From Synechococcus lacustris (GTDB taxonomy: Bacteria; Cyanobacteriota; Cyanobacteriia; PCC-6307; Cyanobiaceae), in NCBI GenBank assembly GCA_903943975.1, contig CAJAQB010000021.1:26697-90696 (forward strand): 64,000 nucleotides of DNA. Direction: 5' to 3'. The translations under genes and the position numbers were made by a program. This document shows, piece by piece, positions 17,224 through 25,582 of the stretch (the first letter of the stretch is position 1; each line of letters begins with the position of its first letter). Below the pieces are notes generated by a model. That model saw only the letters and a list, made by a program, of their open reading frames with translations. It was not told the origin of the DNA and did not search any database.

Positions 17224-17625
17224 TCAGAAAAATTGGTCGAAATTATCGAAATCCACCGCCTTAAAACTGCCATCTTCCACCTGGCCCATCAGCTGTTCCA
17301 GCTGCACCCAGAGGCCACCGCCGGTGAGCAGCGACAGCAGCAGCGCCACCAGTAATGCTGTGCCAGCCCCAAAGCCAAACACCTGCAGGGCGCTGCCGAT
17401 GAACAGGGTGATACCGATCAGGATGCCGCTGTAGGCAAGGCTGGTTTCGGCATTACCGAGCGGTAACAACGCCAGTCGATCCTGTTTCCAGCCCTCCAGT
17501 TTGGCTTCAATCAGGCGCGAAAAGGTGAGCCCGCAGAGCACGGCAATGCCCAGCCCCAGCCCCACCATCAGGTAGGGCGGCTGGGCCAGCTGGGCGTAGG
17601 GCAGCTCGAAGATCTCGAATTCCAA
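17224..17625 (-). CDS. Small integral membrane protein, unknown function
   Basis: 133 aa with about 3 hydrophobic helices and an acidic/aromatic tail (DFDNFDQFF). No family recognised. Confidence 0.6.
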   Translation of the reverse strand: MEFEIFELPYAQLAQPPYLMVGLGLGIAVLCGLTFSRLIEAKLEGWKQDRLALLPLGNAETSLAYSGILIGITLFIGSALQVFGFGAGTALLVALLLSLLTGGGLWVQLEQLMGQVEDGSFKAVDFDNFDQFF

Positions 17626-17653
17626 GGAAGGGGGCTAGCCAAGGCTGTGCAGG

Positions 17654-19231
17654 CTAGGTGCTCAGCCCTTGCCATAGGTCCCCGGCCAGGCGCCTGGGGT
17701 TGAAGCGCCGTTGCAGCAGCCCGGCCAGGGCCCGCAGGTCTGCGGTGTTAAGGCGGCCGTCGCGCACCAGGGTGAGCAGCAGTCGCTGGCGCAGGTCGTG
17801 GCCCTGGGGGCCGAGCAGCAAGCGCATGCCGGCGCCGGCCACTGGCAACAGCTCGGCGGGGTTGCCATCCTGGCCCACCACATCGAGCAGGTTTTCCAGC
17901 CGTTGGAGTTGCAGGCGGCCGCGGCTATCAAAAAGCACATCCAGCAACTTGCGACGCATTTCTTCGGTGTCGGCCGAGAGCAGCCGTTTGGCTACGTAGG
18001 GGTAGGCGACCCGGATGATGCTGAAGTCTGGATCCAGCCGCAGCGCTAGGCCCTCCTGGCTTACCACCGCCCGGATGATCAGGGCAAAGCGGGCCGGCAC
18101 CCGGAAGGGGTAATCAAACATCAACTCCGAGAAGCGATCGGTGATCGTTTTGAAGTTGAAACTGCCCACCGATTCCCCCAGCTGACCGCCCAAAACCGTT
18201 TCCAGGGCCGGCAGGATTGGCGTTACATCGGTGTTTGGATTTAGAAAGCCGAGGCGCACAAAGTCGTGGGCTAGGGCCGGGAAATCGCGGTTGAGCAGAT
18301 GCACCACCGCATCGGTGAGCGTGAGCCGATCGTCGTTGCTCAGCATGTCCATCATGCCGAAATCGACGTAGCCCAAGCGGCCATAGCCATTGGGGCCGCC
18401 GGCCAGGGCAAAGAGGTTGCCCGGGTGGGGGTCGGCATGGAAGTAGCCGAATTCGAGCAGTTGGCGCAGGCCGGAGATCACCCCGGCCCGAATCAGCGTG
18501 GTGGGGTCGAGCTGATGGCTTTCCAGCACCTCCCGGTGTTGCAGCTTCACGCCATCGAGCCAGTCGGTGCTGAGCACCCGGCGGCTGCTCAGCGAGCGTT
18601 CCACCCCGGGTATGTGGATGCTGGGATCGTTGGCAAACAGGGCGCCAAAGCGTTCGGCATTGTCGGCCTCCAGGCCGTAGTCGATCTCCCGGAACAGGGT
18701 GTTGCCGAATTCATCAACGATGGCGCTGAGGTCATCGCCCAGGTTCAGGGGTAGAAACGGCCCTGCGAACCGCGCCAACAGGCTGATCACCGCCAGATCC
18801 AGCTGCAGCCGGCTTTCCAGCTGGGGCCGTTGCACCTTTACCGCCACCCAGCGGCCGTCGTGGAGCTGGGCCTTGTACACCTGGCCAAGGCTGGCGGCGG
18901 CGATCGGGTGGTCTGGAAAAACCGCAAATAATCTCTGGGCTGGGGCGCCAAGATCGGCTTCGATCGTGGCCAGGGCCAGGCTGTGCTCAAAGGGGGGCAG
19001 ATCGTCCTGGAGCCGCGTTAGTTGCTCCAGCCAGTCGCGCCGCACCAGGTCTGGGCGGGTGGAGAGCGCCTGGCCCAGCTTGATGAAACAGGGCCCCAGC
19101 TCGGTGAGGGTATGCAGCAGCCGTTTACCCAGCTGGCGTTGCACCTCGGCATCCTGGCTATCGCCTTGCACCAGCAGGGCGAGGCAGAGGTTCCCCAGCT
19201 GCCAGAGCACCACCAGCAGGCGAGCCCACAC
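17654..19231 (-). CDS. ABC1/UbiB-family atypical kinase
   Basis: 'LGPCFIKLGQALSTRPDL', 'IAAASLGQVYKA...VAVKVQRP' and 'GYFHADPHPGNLF' are ABC1 motifs. I chose the GTG at 19231. The upstream 138 codons of the track ORF are P/A/G/R-rich with no ATG or GTG. Confidence 0.85.
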   Translation of the reverse strand: MWARLLVVLWQLGNLCLALLVQGDSQDAEVQRQLGKRLLHTLTELGPCFIKLGQALSTRPDLVRRDWLEQLTRLQDDLPPFEHSLALATIEADLGAPAQRLFAVFPDHPIAAASLGQVYKAQLHDGRWVAVKVQRPQLESRLQLDLAVISLLARFAGPFLPLNLGDDLSAIVDEFGNTLFREIDYGLEADNAERFGALFANDPSIHIPGVERSLSSRRVLSTDWLDGVKLQHREVLESHQLDPTTLIRAGVISGLRQLLEFGYFHADPHPGNLFALAGGPNGYGRLGYVDFGMMDMLSNDDRLTLTDAVVHLLNRDFPALAHDFVRLGFLNPNTDVTPILPALETVLGGQLGESVGSFNFKTITDRFSELMFDYPFRVPARFALIIRAVVSQEGLALRLDPDFSIIRVAYPYVAKRLLSADTEEMRRKLLDVLFDSRGRLQLQRLENLLDVVGQDGNPAELLPVAGAGMRLLLGPQGHDLRQRLLLTLVRDGRLNTADLRALAGLLQRRFNPRRLAGDLWQGLST

Positions 19232-19304
19232 CTGATGCAGGGGAACGGCGGTGGCTGGGGAGATGACGGCGCTCGGGGCTAGTTGAGACTTTAAGAAGTA
19301 GTAG

Positions 19305-20711
19305 TTGCTGTCGTTGTTTTCCCCTGCGGCCCCCTGGCCCCTGGCCGCCAGCCTCGGCCCCCTGGCCCGCCAACGGGGCCTGTTTCTGCATTTGCCGGCC
19401 CACCGCCGTGGGGCGGCGGCACCACCGGGGCGGCCGCGGCTGCCCTGGGCCTGGGACCTGCCGGAATTGCCGGAGCTGGGTGGACCGCTGCTTGCCGAGG
19501 GGGCGGTGGCCGCCTCCCAACGGCGCCTGGCGGCGGAATTAGGGGCCAACCACAGTTGGTATGGAGTGAATGGCGCCAGTGGCCTGCTCCAGGCGGCGCT
19601 GCTGGGGGCGGTGCCCCCGGGGGGCCGGGTGCTGCTGCCCCGCAACCTGCACCGCAGCCTTTTGCATGGCTGCCTCTTGGGGGGCCTGGAGCCGCTGTTC
19701 TATGCCCCCCCGCTGGATCCGGCCACGGGCCTCTGGCAGCCCCTGCCCCCCAACGAGTTGGAGCAGCTGTTGGCGGCGGCTGGAGAGCTGGATCTGTTGG
19801 TGCTGGTGTCGCCCACCTACCAGGGGTTGGCCGCTGATTTGCCGGCCCTGGTGGCCCTGGCCCAGGGTCGGGGGCTGCCGGTGCTGGTTGATGAGGCCCA
19901 TGGGGGCCATTTCGGTTTGGACCCGAGCTTGCCCTGCGGCGCCCTGGCCGCCGGGGCTGATCTGGTGGTGCAGTCGCTGCATAAGAGCCTGGGGGGGCTG
20001 GGGCAAACGGCCCTGCTGCATCTGCAGGGGCCGCGGCTGGCGCCAGAGGCAATCGAACAGGCACTGCTTTGGTTGCAAACCAGCAGCCCCAGTGCGCTGT
20101 TGATGCTGTCGGCGGAGCGGGCGCTGGCGGCCCGGTTGGCGCCCCGGGGGCGGCGGCAGCTCAGCCTTTGGCTCCACCAGGCCCGCGCCCTGGGGGATCG
20201 GCTGCGGCGGGGCGGGCTGCCGCTGCTGCCAAACCAAGACCCCCTGCGCTTGGTGCTGGATTGCGGTGCCCTGGGCCTCACGGGCCTGGCGGCGGATGAC
20301 TGGTTGATGGCCCGCCGGGTGGTGGCGGAATGCCCGGAACCGCTCAGCCTCACCTTCTGCTTGGGGATGGGTTCCCCCCGGGGGCTGGAACGGCCCCTGG
20401 CGGCGGCCCTGGGCCAATTGCGCCAGGCCTGGGCTGGGGCCGATCCGCTGCCCCCCCTGGCCCCAGCGCCGTTGCCAGCCTTGGCCCGCCTGGCGGTACC
20501 CCTGGCCCAGGCCTGGCGGGCCCCGGCCGTGGAGCTGCCCCTGGCGGAGGCCGTTGGTCGGATTGCCGCCCGGCCCCTCTGCCCATACCCCCCGGGGATC
20601 CCCCTGCTGCTGCCCGGGGAACGGCTCGATCGCCCCCGCCTGGATTGGTTGGAGGGGCAACGGCAGCTCTGGGCTGGCCAGATCGCTGATAGGGTGACCG
20701 TTCTGGCCTGA
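19305..20711 (+). CDS. PLP-dependent Orn/Lys/Arg decarboxylase family protein
   Basis: 'GVNGASGLLQAALL', 'LVDEAHGGHFG' and the PLP-lysine motif 'VVQSLHKSLGGLGQTALLH' fit this family. TTG start. Confidence 0.8.
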   Translation: MLSLFSPAAPWPLAASLGPLARQRGLFLHLPAHRRGAAAPPGRPRLPWAWDLPELPELGGPLLAEGAVAASQRRLAAELGANHSWYGVNGASGLLQAALLGAVPPGGRVLLPRNLHRSLLHGCLLGGLEPLFYAPPLDPATGLWQPLPPNELEQLLAAAGELDLLVLVSPTYQGLAADLPALVALAQGRGLPVLVDEAHGGHFGLDPSLPCGALAAGADLVVQSLHKSLGGLGQTALLHLQGPRLAPEAIEQALLWLQTSSPSALLMLSAERALAARLAPRGRRQLSLWLHQARALGDRLRRGGLPLLPNQDPLRLVLDCGALGLTGLAADDWLMARRVVAECPEPLSLTFCLGMGSPRGLERPLAAALGQLRQAWAGADPLPPLAPAPLPALARLAVPLAQAWRAPAVELPLAEAVGRIAARPLCPYPPGIPLLLPGERLDRPRLDWLEGQRQLWAGQIADRVTVLA

Positions 20712-20771
20712 TCCGGTGAGCGTTCCGGCCTGATCTAGTTCCGCCTGATTTAGCAGGGTCCAATTAACCCC

Positions 20772-21398
20772 ATGGCGGCTCCCGTTCCGGCCCCCAACCC
20801 CTCCCCCTACCAGTGGGACTTCGTGACTCCGGGCCTGCCGGATGCCGCCTTTGAGGCGGCGCCGGGTTTCAGCCCAACGCCGATGGAATTGCGGGTGATG
20901 TTGTTGGCCCACCTGCGCCCCCGGGCTGATTCCGTGGTTTGGGATGTGGGCGGCGGCACCGGCGCCCTGGCCCTGGAGATTGCCCGGCTGTTGCCCCGGG
21001 GGCGGGTCCATGCCCTGGAGCGCGATCCGGAGGCGGTGGAATTACTGGAACGCAACCGCCAACGCTTTGGCATCGCCAACCTGCAGATCCACCAGGGCCA
21101 GGCCCCCGGCGATTTGCATCGGCTTGATCCCCATCCCGATCGGGTGTTGTTGGAGGTGGGTAGGCCCCTGGGGGATGTGTTGCTGGCGGTATGGGAGGCC
21201 CTGGCCCCGGGGGGGCGCCTGGTGATCAGCACCTCCAGCCTGGAGGGCCTGGTGGATGCCACCGACCACCTCGGTCAGCTGCAGGCCCATGACCTACAGG
21301 TGGTGCAGGCCACGGTGCATCGCATGCAACGGCGGGGAGACCAAACAAGGTTGGCGGCGGCGGAACCGCTGTTTTTGATTGCTGCCGAGCGCCATTGA
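20772..21398 (+). CDS. cbiT: Precorrin-6Y/cobalt-precorrin-6B C15-methyltransferase (decarboxylating), CbiT-type
   Basis: 'GLPDAAFE...PTPMELRVMLLAHLRPRADSVVWDVGGGTGALALE' matches the CbiT N-terminal region plus the SAM GxGxG motif. Confidence 0.75.
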   Translation: MAAPVPAPNPSPYQWDFVTPGLPDAAFEAAPGFSPTPMELRVMLLAHLRPRADSVVWDVGGGTGALALEIARLLPRGRVHALERDPEAVELLERNRQRFGIANLQIHQGQAPGDLHRLDPHPDRVLLEVGRPLGDVLLAVWEALAPGGRLVISTSSLEGLVDATDHLGQLQAHDLQVVQATVHRMQRRGDQTRLAAAEPLFLIAAERH

Positions 21399-22228
21399 TG
21401 GGGGGTCGTTGGCTGAGTGGACTGCTGGCGGCGGCCTTTGCCCTGCTGATCGTGGGCCTGGGCGGTTGGTGGTTCACCCTCAGCATTGGCGTGATCGTGC
21501 ACCTGGCGCTGCTGGAGTTTTTCCGGCTGGCCGAGTTCAAGGGCATTCGCCCGGCGATCAAAACCACCCTGGTGGTTTGTCAACTGCTGCTGATCAGCAC
21601 CCAGCTGGCCCCCGGCAGTGCCCTGGCGGCGGCGGTGCTGCCCCTGGCCGGCTCGGTGATTTGTGGTTGGCTGCTGCTGCAGCCGATCACCGGCAGCATT
21701 GCCGACATCGCCGCCTCGATTTTCGGGCTGTTTTACCTGGGCTTTTTACCCAGCCATTGGGTGCGGCTGCGGGACCTCAGTGACCCCTTGCTCGCCCCCC
21801 ACTGGCCGGGCCATGGGGGGCTGGCGATCACGCTGCTGGCCTTTGTGTTGATCTGGGCCGCCGATTGCGGCGGCTTCCTTTGGGGCAGCCGCTTTGGCCG
21901 CCACCGGCTTTCGGAGGTGTCGCCAGGCAAAACCGTGGAGGGGGCCCTGGCCGGTTTAGTGGCTTCGCTGCTCACCGGCGCCCTGGGGGGCTGGTTGCTG
22001 GGTTGGCCCTGGGGTTGGGCCCTGGGGGCTGGGCTGGGGGCCCTGGTGGCCCTGTTTGCCCTGGTGGGAGACCTCACCGAATCGATGATGAAACGCGATG
22101 CTGGCGTGAAGGATTCCGGGGCGCTGATCCCTGGCCACGGCGGCATTCTCGATCGGGTCGATAGCTATCTATTCACACCAGCGGTGGTGTTTTATGCCGT
22201 TACTTTGGCGCTGCCCCTCTTGCGCTAG
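21395..22228 (+). CDS. cdsA: Phosphatidate cytidylyltransferase
   Basis: Multi-TM protein with the CdsA signature 'SPGKTVEGALAG...GDLTESMMKRDAGVKDSGALIPGHGGILDRVDS'. ATGA overlap with cbiT. Confidence 0.9.
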   Translation: MMGGRWLSGLLAAAFALLIVGLGGWWFTLSIGVIVHLALLEFFRLAEFKGIRPAIKTTLVVCQLLLISTQLAPGSALAAAVLPLAGSVICGWLLLQPITGSIADIAASIFGLFYLGFLPSHWVRLRDLSDPLLAPHWPGHGGLAITLLAFVLIWAADCGGFLWGSRFGRHRLSEVSPGKTVEGALAGLVASLLTGALGGWLLGWPWGWALGAGLGALVALFALVGDLTESMMKRDAGVKDSGALIPGHGGILDRVDSYLFTPAVVFYAVTLALPLLR

Positions 22229-22821
22229 CCACCTGAAGCGCTAACCAGGGAAGAGCCCCCCAGCCGCAGCTGATCGCCGTTGATCGACACCCGTTCGATC
22301 TGGATTGCCCCATCCAGGGGCACGGCCTGGCCCTGCAGCCAGAGTTGCCCCGCCTCGGCCCGCAGCTCACAGCCCTGGCGGGCCCCGTTGGCACCGATCA
22401 ACTGCAGCTGATTGTTTTCCAGGCCGTAGGCCTCGAGGCGCTCGCAACCCAGCAGTTGCTGGGCCAAGCCATCGCTGAACTGGCGCCAGGGGCCGTTGGC
22501 CAGGGATTGATTCAAACCAGCGGCCGTAAACAGCACCTGGCCGTGGATCCGAAAGCGTTCGCGCAGCTGCAGGGGTTGGCCCTTGAGCATGGCGCCCACA
22601 TTCAGCTCAAACGCTTCACTGCGCAGCTCCACCTCCGCCAGGGCCAGTTGCTGAAATATCACCCCCTTTGCCCGCAATTGGGCCCCCTCCAGCCGACCCC
22701 CCAGCAGGGCGAAGCCAGAACCCTGCAGATCCAGCTCCAATTCATCGAGTTGATCGCAGCTCCGCCGTAGCCACAGCCCCACCCCCTGCCCCACCAGCTT
22801 GAGCACCGGTCCACTGCTCAT
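22225..22821 (-). CDS. DUF2993/LmeA-like protein
   Basis: 198 aa of repetitive beta-rich sequence (LELDLQG..LLGGRLEGAQLRAKGV...LAEVELRSEAFELN). The family call is tentative. 4-nt overlaps at both ends. Confidence 0.5.
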   Translation of the reverse strand: MSSGPVLKLVGQGVGLWLRRSCDQLDELELDLQGSGFALLGGRLEGAQLRAKGVIFQQLALAEVELRSEAFELNVGAMLKGQPLQLRERFRIHGQVLFTAAGLNQSLANGPWRQFSDGLAQQLLGCERLEAYGLENNQLQLIGANGARQGCELRAEAGQLWLQGQAVPLDGAIQIERVSINGDQLRLGGSSLVSASGG

Positions 22822-23618
22822 GGCTGCCTCCAGCGTTGGGCCACCAGGGCCGCTTGGTCGAGGTGGGGCAGGTGGCCGCAGGCCTGCAGCTCCTCCCCAG
22901 GGGCCCCCAGCAGTTGTTGGGCCGCCCGCCGCTGGGGACCCCGCAGGATGCGGTCGTTGCTACCCCAGAGCACCTGGATTGGCAGATTTGGCAGCGGTGC
23001 CCCCACGCCGGCAAAGCCACCGCTGCGGGCAAAACGGGCCAGGGCCGCCGCCCAGCCAGGGGTGTGCAGCTGCAGGCTGGCGATCTGTTCCTCGGCGGCG
23101 CCAACGCTGCTGCTGGGATCGGCAAAGGCCTGGCGGCAGAGGCCCCTGCGCACGGCCGGCAGGGCTAAGAAGGCCACGCCCAACTTGTCTAGGAGTGGTG
23201 GCAGCGGCAGCGGTTGGCCGGTGAGGCCAGCGGGGGCCAGCAACAGCAGCCGCGAGAAGCGCCCAGGTTGCTGCTGCTGCAATTCCCGCGCCAGCACCAC
23301 CGCCACGGCGCCGCCCATGGAGGCACCAATCAGCCCCACGGGGCCAGGGGGCATTGCCGCCAGCAGCGCCTGCAGTTGGGCAATTACGAGCGGCGGGCCG
23401 TAGGCCAAGCCTGGCGGCCGCGGGCCAAAACCAAAGCCACAGAGGTCGGGGATCCAAAGCTGGTGGTCTTGGGCCAGCAGGGGTGCCAGCCGCCGGAACT
23501 CCAGCAGCGAGCTGTCAAAACCATGGAGCAGCAGCAGCGGCGGCCCCTCTCCAAGCACCGCCACCGGCCACTGTTCTTGGCCCGGAATGCCTGGCACCGT
23601 GAGCGGCAGCCAGCGCAC
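22818..23618 (-). CDS. Alpha/beta-fold hydrolase
   Basis: 'PLLLLHGFDSS' (HG oxyanion) and nucleophile elbow 'GASMGG' fit this fold. The start is uncertain: GTG 23618 was chosen, the track ORF runs to 23813, and it would overlap the upstream gene (stop at 23690). Confidence 0.72.
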   Translation of the reverse strand: MRWLPLTVPGIPGQEQWPVAVLGEGPPLLLLHGFDSSLLEFRRLAPLLAQDHQLWIPDLCGFGFGPRPPGLAYGPPLVIAQLQALLAAMPPGPVGLIGASMGGAVAVVLARELQQQQPGRFSRLLLLAPAGLTGQPLPLPPLLDKLGVAFLALPAVRRGLCRQAFADPSSSVGAAEEQIASLQLHTPGWAAALARFARSGGFAGVGAPLPNLPIQVLWGSNDRILRGPQRRAAQQLLGAPGEELQACGHLPHLDQAALVAQRWRQP

Positions 23619-23689
23619 GGCGGCGGCAAGGCTGCGGCCCTGGGGATCCAGCAGCTCGGTGGCGGCCCAGCTCAGCAGTGCCGGCCCGT

Positions 23690-24817
23690 TCAGGAAACCT
23701 CCAGCACCGGGCAGCCCTGGCTGCTGCTTACCAGGGCTGCCAGCAGTTCCTCGGCGGCCACCGGGAAGGGCAGGTGGTGCAGGTCGGAGCCGCTGCGGCA
23801 GGCAAAGGCGCACACCTGTTGCAGCTCGCTGAGGCTCGCCTGGCCCAGGCCCAGGTCCTCCAGGCTCACCGGCAGCCCCAAGCTGCGGAAGAAGGGGGTG
23901 AGCTGGCGGCGGGCCTGGGCGGCCAGCTGATTGCCCCCCAGCAGTTCCTCCAGCCGCAGTTGCACCAGCACGCCAAAGCCAACTTTTTCGCCGTGGAGGC
24001 TGCCATGGCAGCGGGCCAATTGGGTGAGGCCGTTATGGACGGCATGGGCCGCCACGGTGCGGCAGTGGGCGCCGCCGAGGCCACCGATCAGGCCGGCGGT
24101 GAGGCCACAGGCCTCCGCCACCCGCCCCCAGGCCTCGCCGCCGGGCTGGGCCAGGGCTTCGCTGCTGTCGAGCAGTAATTGATCGCGCAACACCCGCGCC
24201 TGTTGCACCGCCTGCTGCACCAGGCCATCGCTGCTTTGGCCACTGCTAACCGAGGCCTCGTACCACTTGGCCATCGCATCGGCAATGCCACTGGCGAGGG
24301 TGCGGGCGGGGGCCTGCAGCACCAGCCCATGGTCAAAAATAAGTAGTTCGGGGCAACGCTCAAGGGCCACATCCCCCTCGAAGGCCCCCTCCGCTGAATA
24401 GATGTTGGCGAGGGCGGTCCAGCCGGCACAGGTGGAGGCGCTGCTGGGCACGGTTATGCAGGGCAGCTGTAGACGGTGGGCCAGCAACTTGCCGGCATCC
24501 AGCACCTTGCCGCCGCCGCTGGCCAGCACCCCATCGCAACCGGCCCGGCGGGCCTGGTCGGCGAGGGCGCTGAGATCCAGTTCACAGCAGTCGCAGCGCA
24601 GTTCGGCCGCCTCCGCTTGCAGCCCCCGCTGGCCCAGGTCGTTGGCCAGTTGTTGGCGCAGGGGCCGGGTGGCGGCGCTGCGGCCCAGCAGCAGCGGTCG
24701 ACGGCTGAGGGCGGGGATCAGCGGCAGGGCGGCGGCCCAGGCGCCGGGCCCGCGCAACAGCCGCGCCGGGGCGATCGAGTGCTGGCTGAGCAAGCCACTG
24801 GCCATGGGATCCGTCAC
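23690..24817 (-). CDS. Iron-containing alcohol/glycerol dehydrogenase-like protein (GldA-like)
   Basis: 'VLASGGGKVLDAGK', 'ITVPSSASTCAGW' and His-rich metal ligands (..AHAVHNG..HGEKV) fit this family. Confidence 0.8.
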   Translation of the reverse strand: MTDPMASGLLSQHSIAPARLLRGPGAWAAALPLIPALSRRPLLLGRSAATRPLRQQLANDLGQRGLQAEAAELRCDCCELDLSALADQARRAGCDGVLASGGGKVLDAGKLLAHRLQLPCITVPSSASTCAGWTALANIYSAEGAFEGDVALERCPELLIFDHGLVLQAPARTLASGIADAMAKWYEASVSSGQSSDGLVQQAVQQARVLRDQLLLDSSEALAQPGGEAWGRVAEACGLTAGLIGGLGGAHCRTVAAHAVHNGLTQLARCHGSLHGEKVGFGVLVQLRLEELLGGNQLAAQARRQLTPFFRSLGLPVSLEDLGLGQASLSELQQVCAFACRSGSDLHHLPFPVAAEELLAALVSSSQGCPVLEVS

Positions 24818-25575
24818 TGCACCCGGAAACTAACTGCCATCACTGCGGTTATGTCTTTGTCGATGGTGCGGGTGTCATAGGAGCCGCCGTCGTTGCTGTC
24901 GGTGGAATCCGGCACGGTGATTTGAAAGGTGCCGGTGTTGGCGTTAGTGATCGCACCGATGCTGCTGCCGGCCTCGGCGGCAATCGCCTTGGCCCGTTGT
25001 TTGGCATCGCGGGTGGCCTTGGCCAGCATGTCCACCCGTTTTGCCGCCAGCTTTGTGTAGGTGTAGGCCGGATCATTGATGGTGATGGGCACCCCTTGGC
25101 CAATCAGGCTGCTGATCTGGCCAGAAATCTTGCGGATCTTATTTACATCCCAGCTGCCAATTAACACTGCCTGTTTGCTGGTCCAGGTGGTGGAACGCAA
25201 CTCGCCGGTGCGGGGATCCTGCACATCAGTTCTTTCGGTTTTTACCGAACCAAGTTCCAGTTCATCGGCGTTGATGCCCTGGCCTCTGAGGAAGGCCACT
25301 GTTTTATCCAGCAGCGGTTGCAAGCCCTGGTAAGACAGCTGCTGGCTGGGGCCGCTTTGGCTCACCTCCACCGACCAGTTCACGTAGTCGCTAACTATTC
25401 GCTCGGTGCTGGCCCCGGTCACCGTGATCGTGTCATTGGCCTGGCGGATGCCCTTAACCACCACCCCACTGGCGGCCCAGAGGCCGACGGAAAGTACGGC
25501 CATGGCAAACACCAGCGGCGGGGTGCGCCGCAGCAGTTGCCAGCTGCTCTCGAACCAGTGGGTAAGGGGGGCCAT
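24814..25575 (-). CDS. SIMPL-domain (DUF541) periplasmic protein
   Basis: It has an N-terminal TM/signal anchor. 'ITVTGASTERIVSDY..WSVEV' and 'KQRAKAIAAEAGSSIGAITN' fit the SIMPL pattern. Confidence 0.72.
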   Translation of the reverse strand: MAPLTHWFESSWQLLRRTPPLVFAMAVLSVGLWAASGVVVKGIRQANDTITVTGASTERIVSDYVNWSVEVSQSGPSQQLSYQGLQPLLDKTVAFLRGQGINADELELGSVKTERTDVQDPRTGELRSTTWTSKQAVLIGSWDVNKIRKISGQISSLIGQGVPITINDPAYTYTKLAAKRVDMLAKATRDAKQRAKAIAAEAGSSIGAITNANTGTFQITVPDSTDSNDGGSYDTRTIDKDITAVMAVSFRVQ

Positions 25576-25582
25576 GGGGCTT

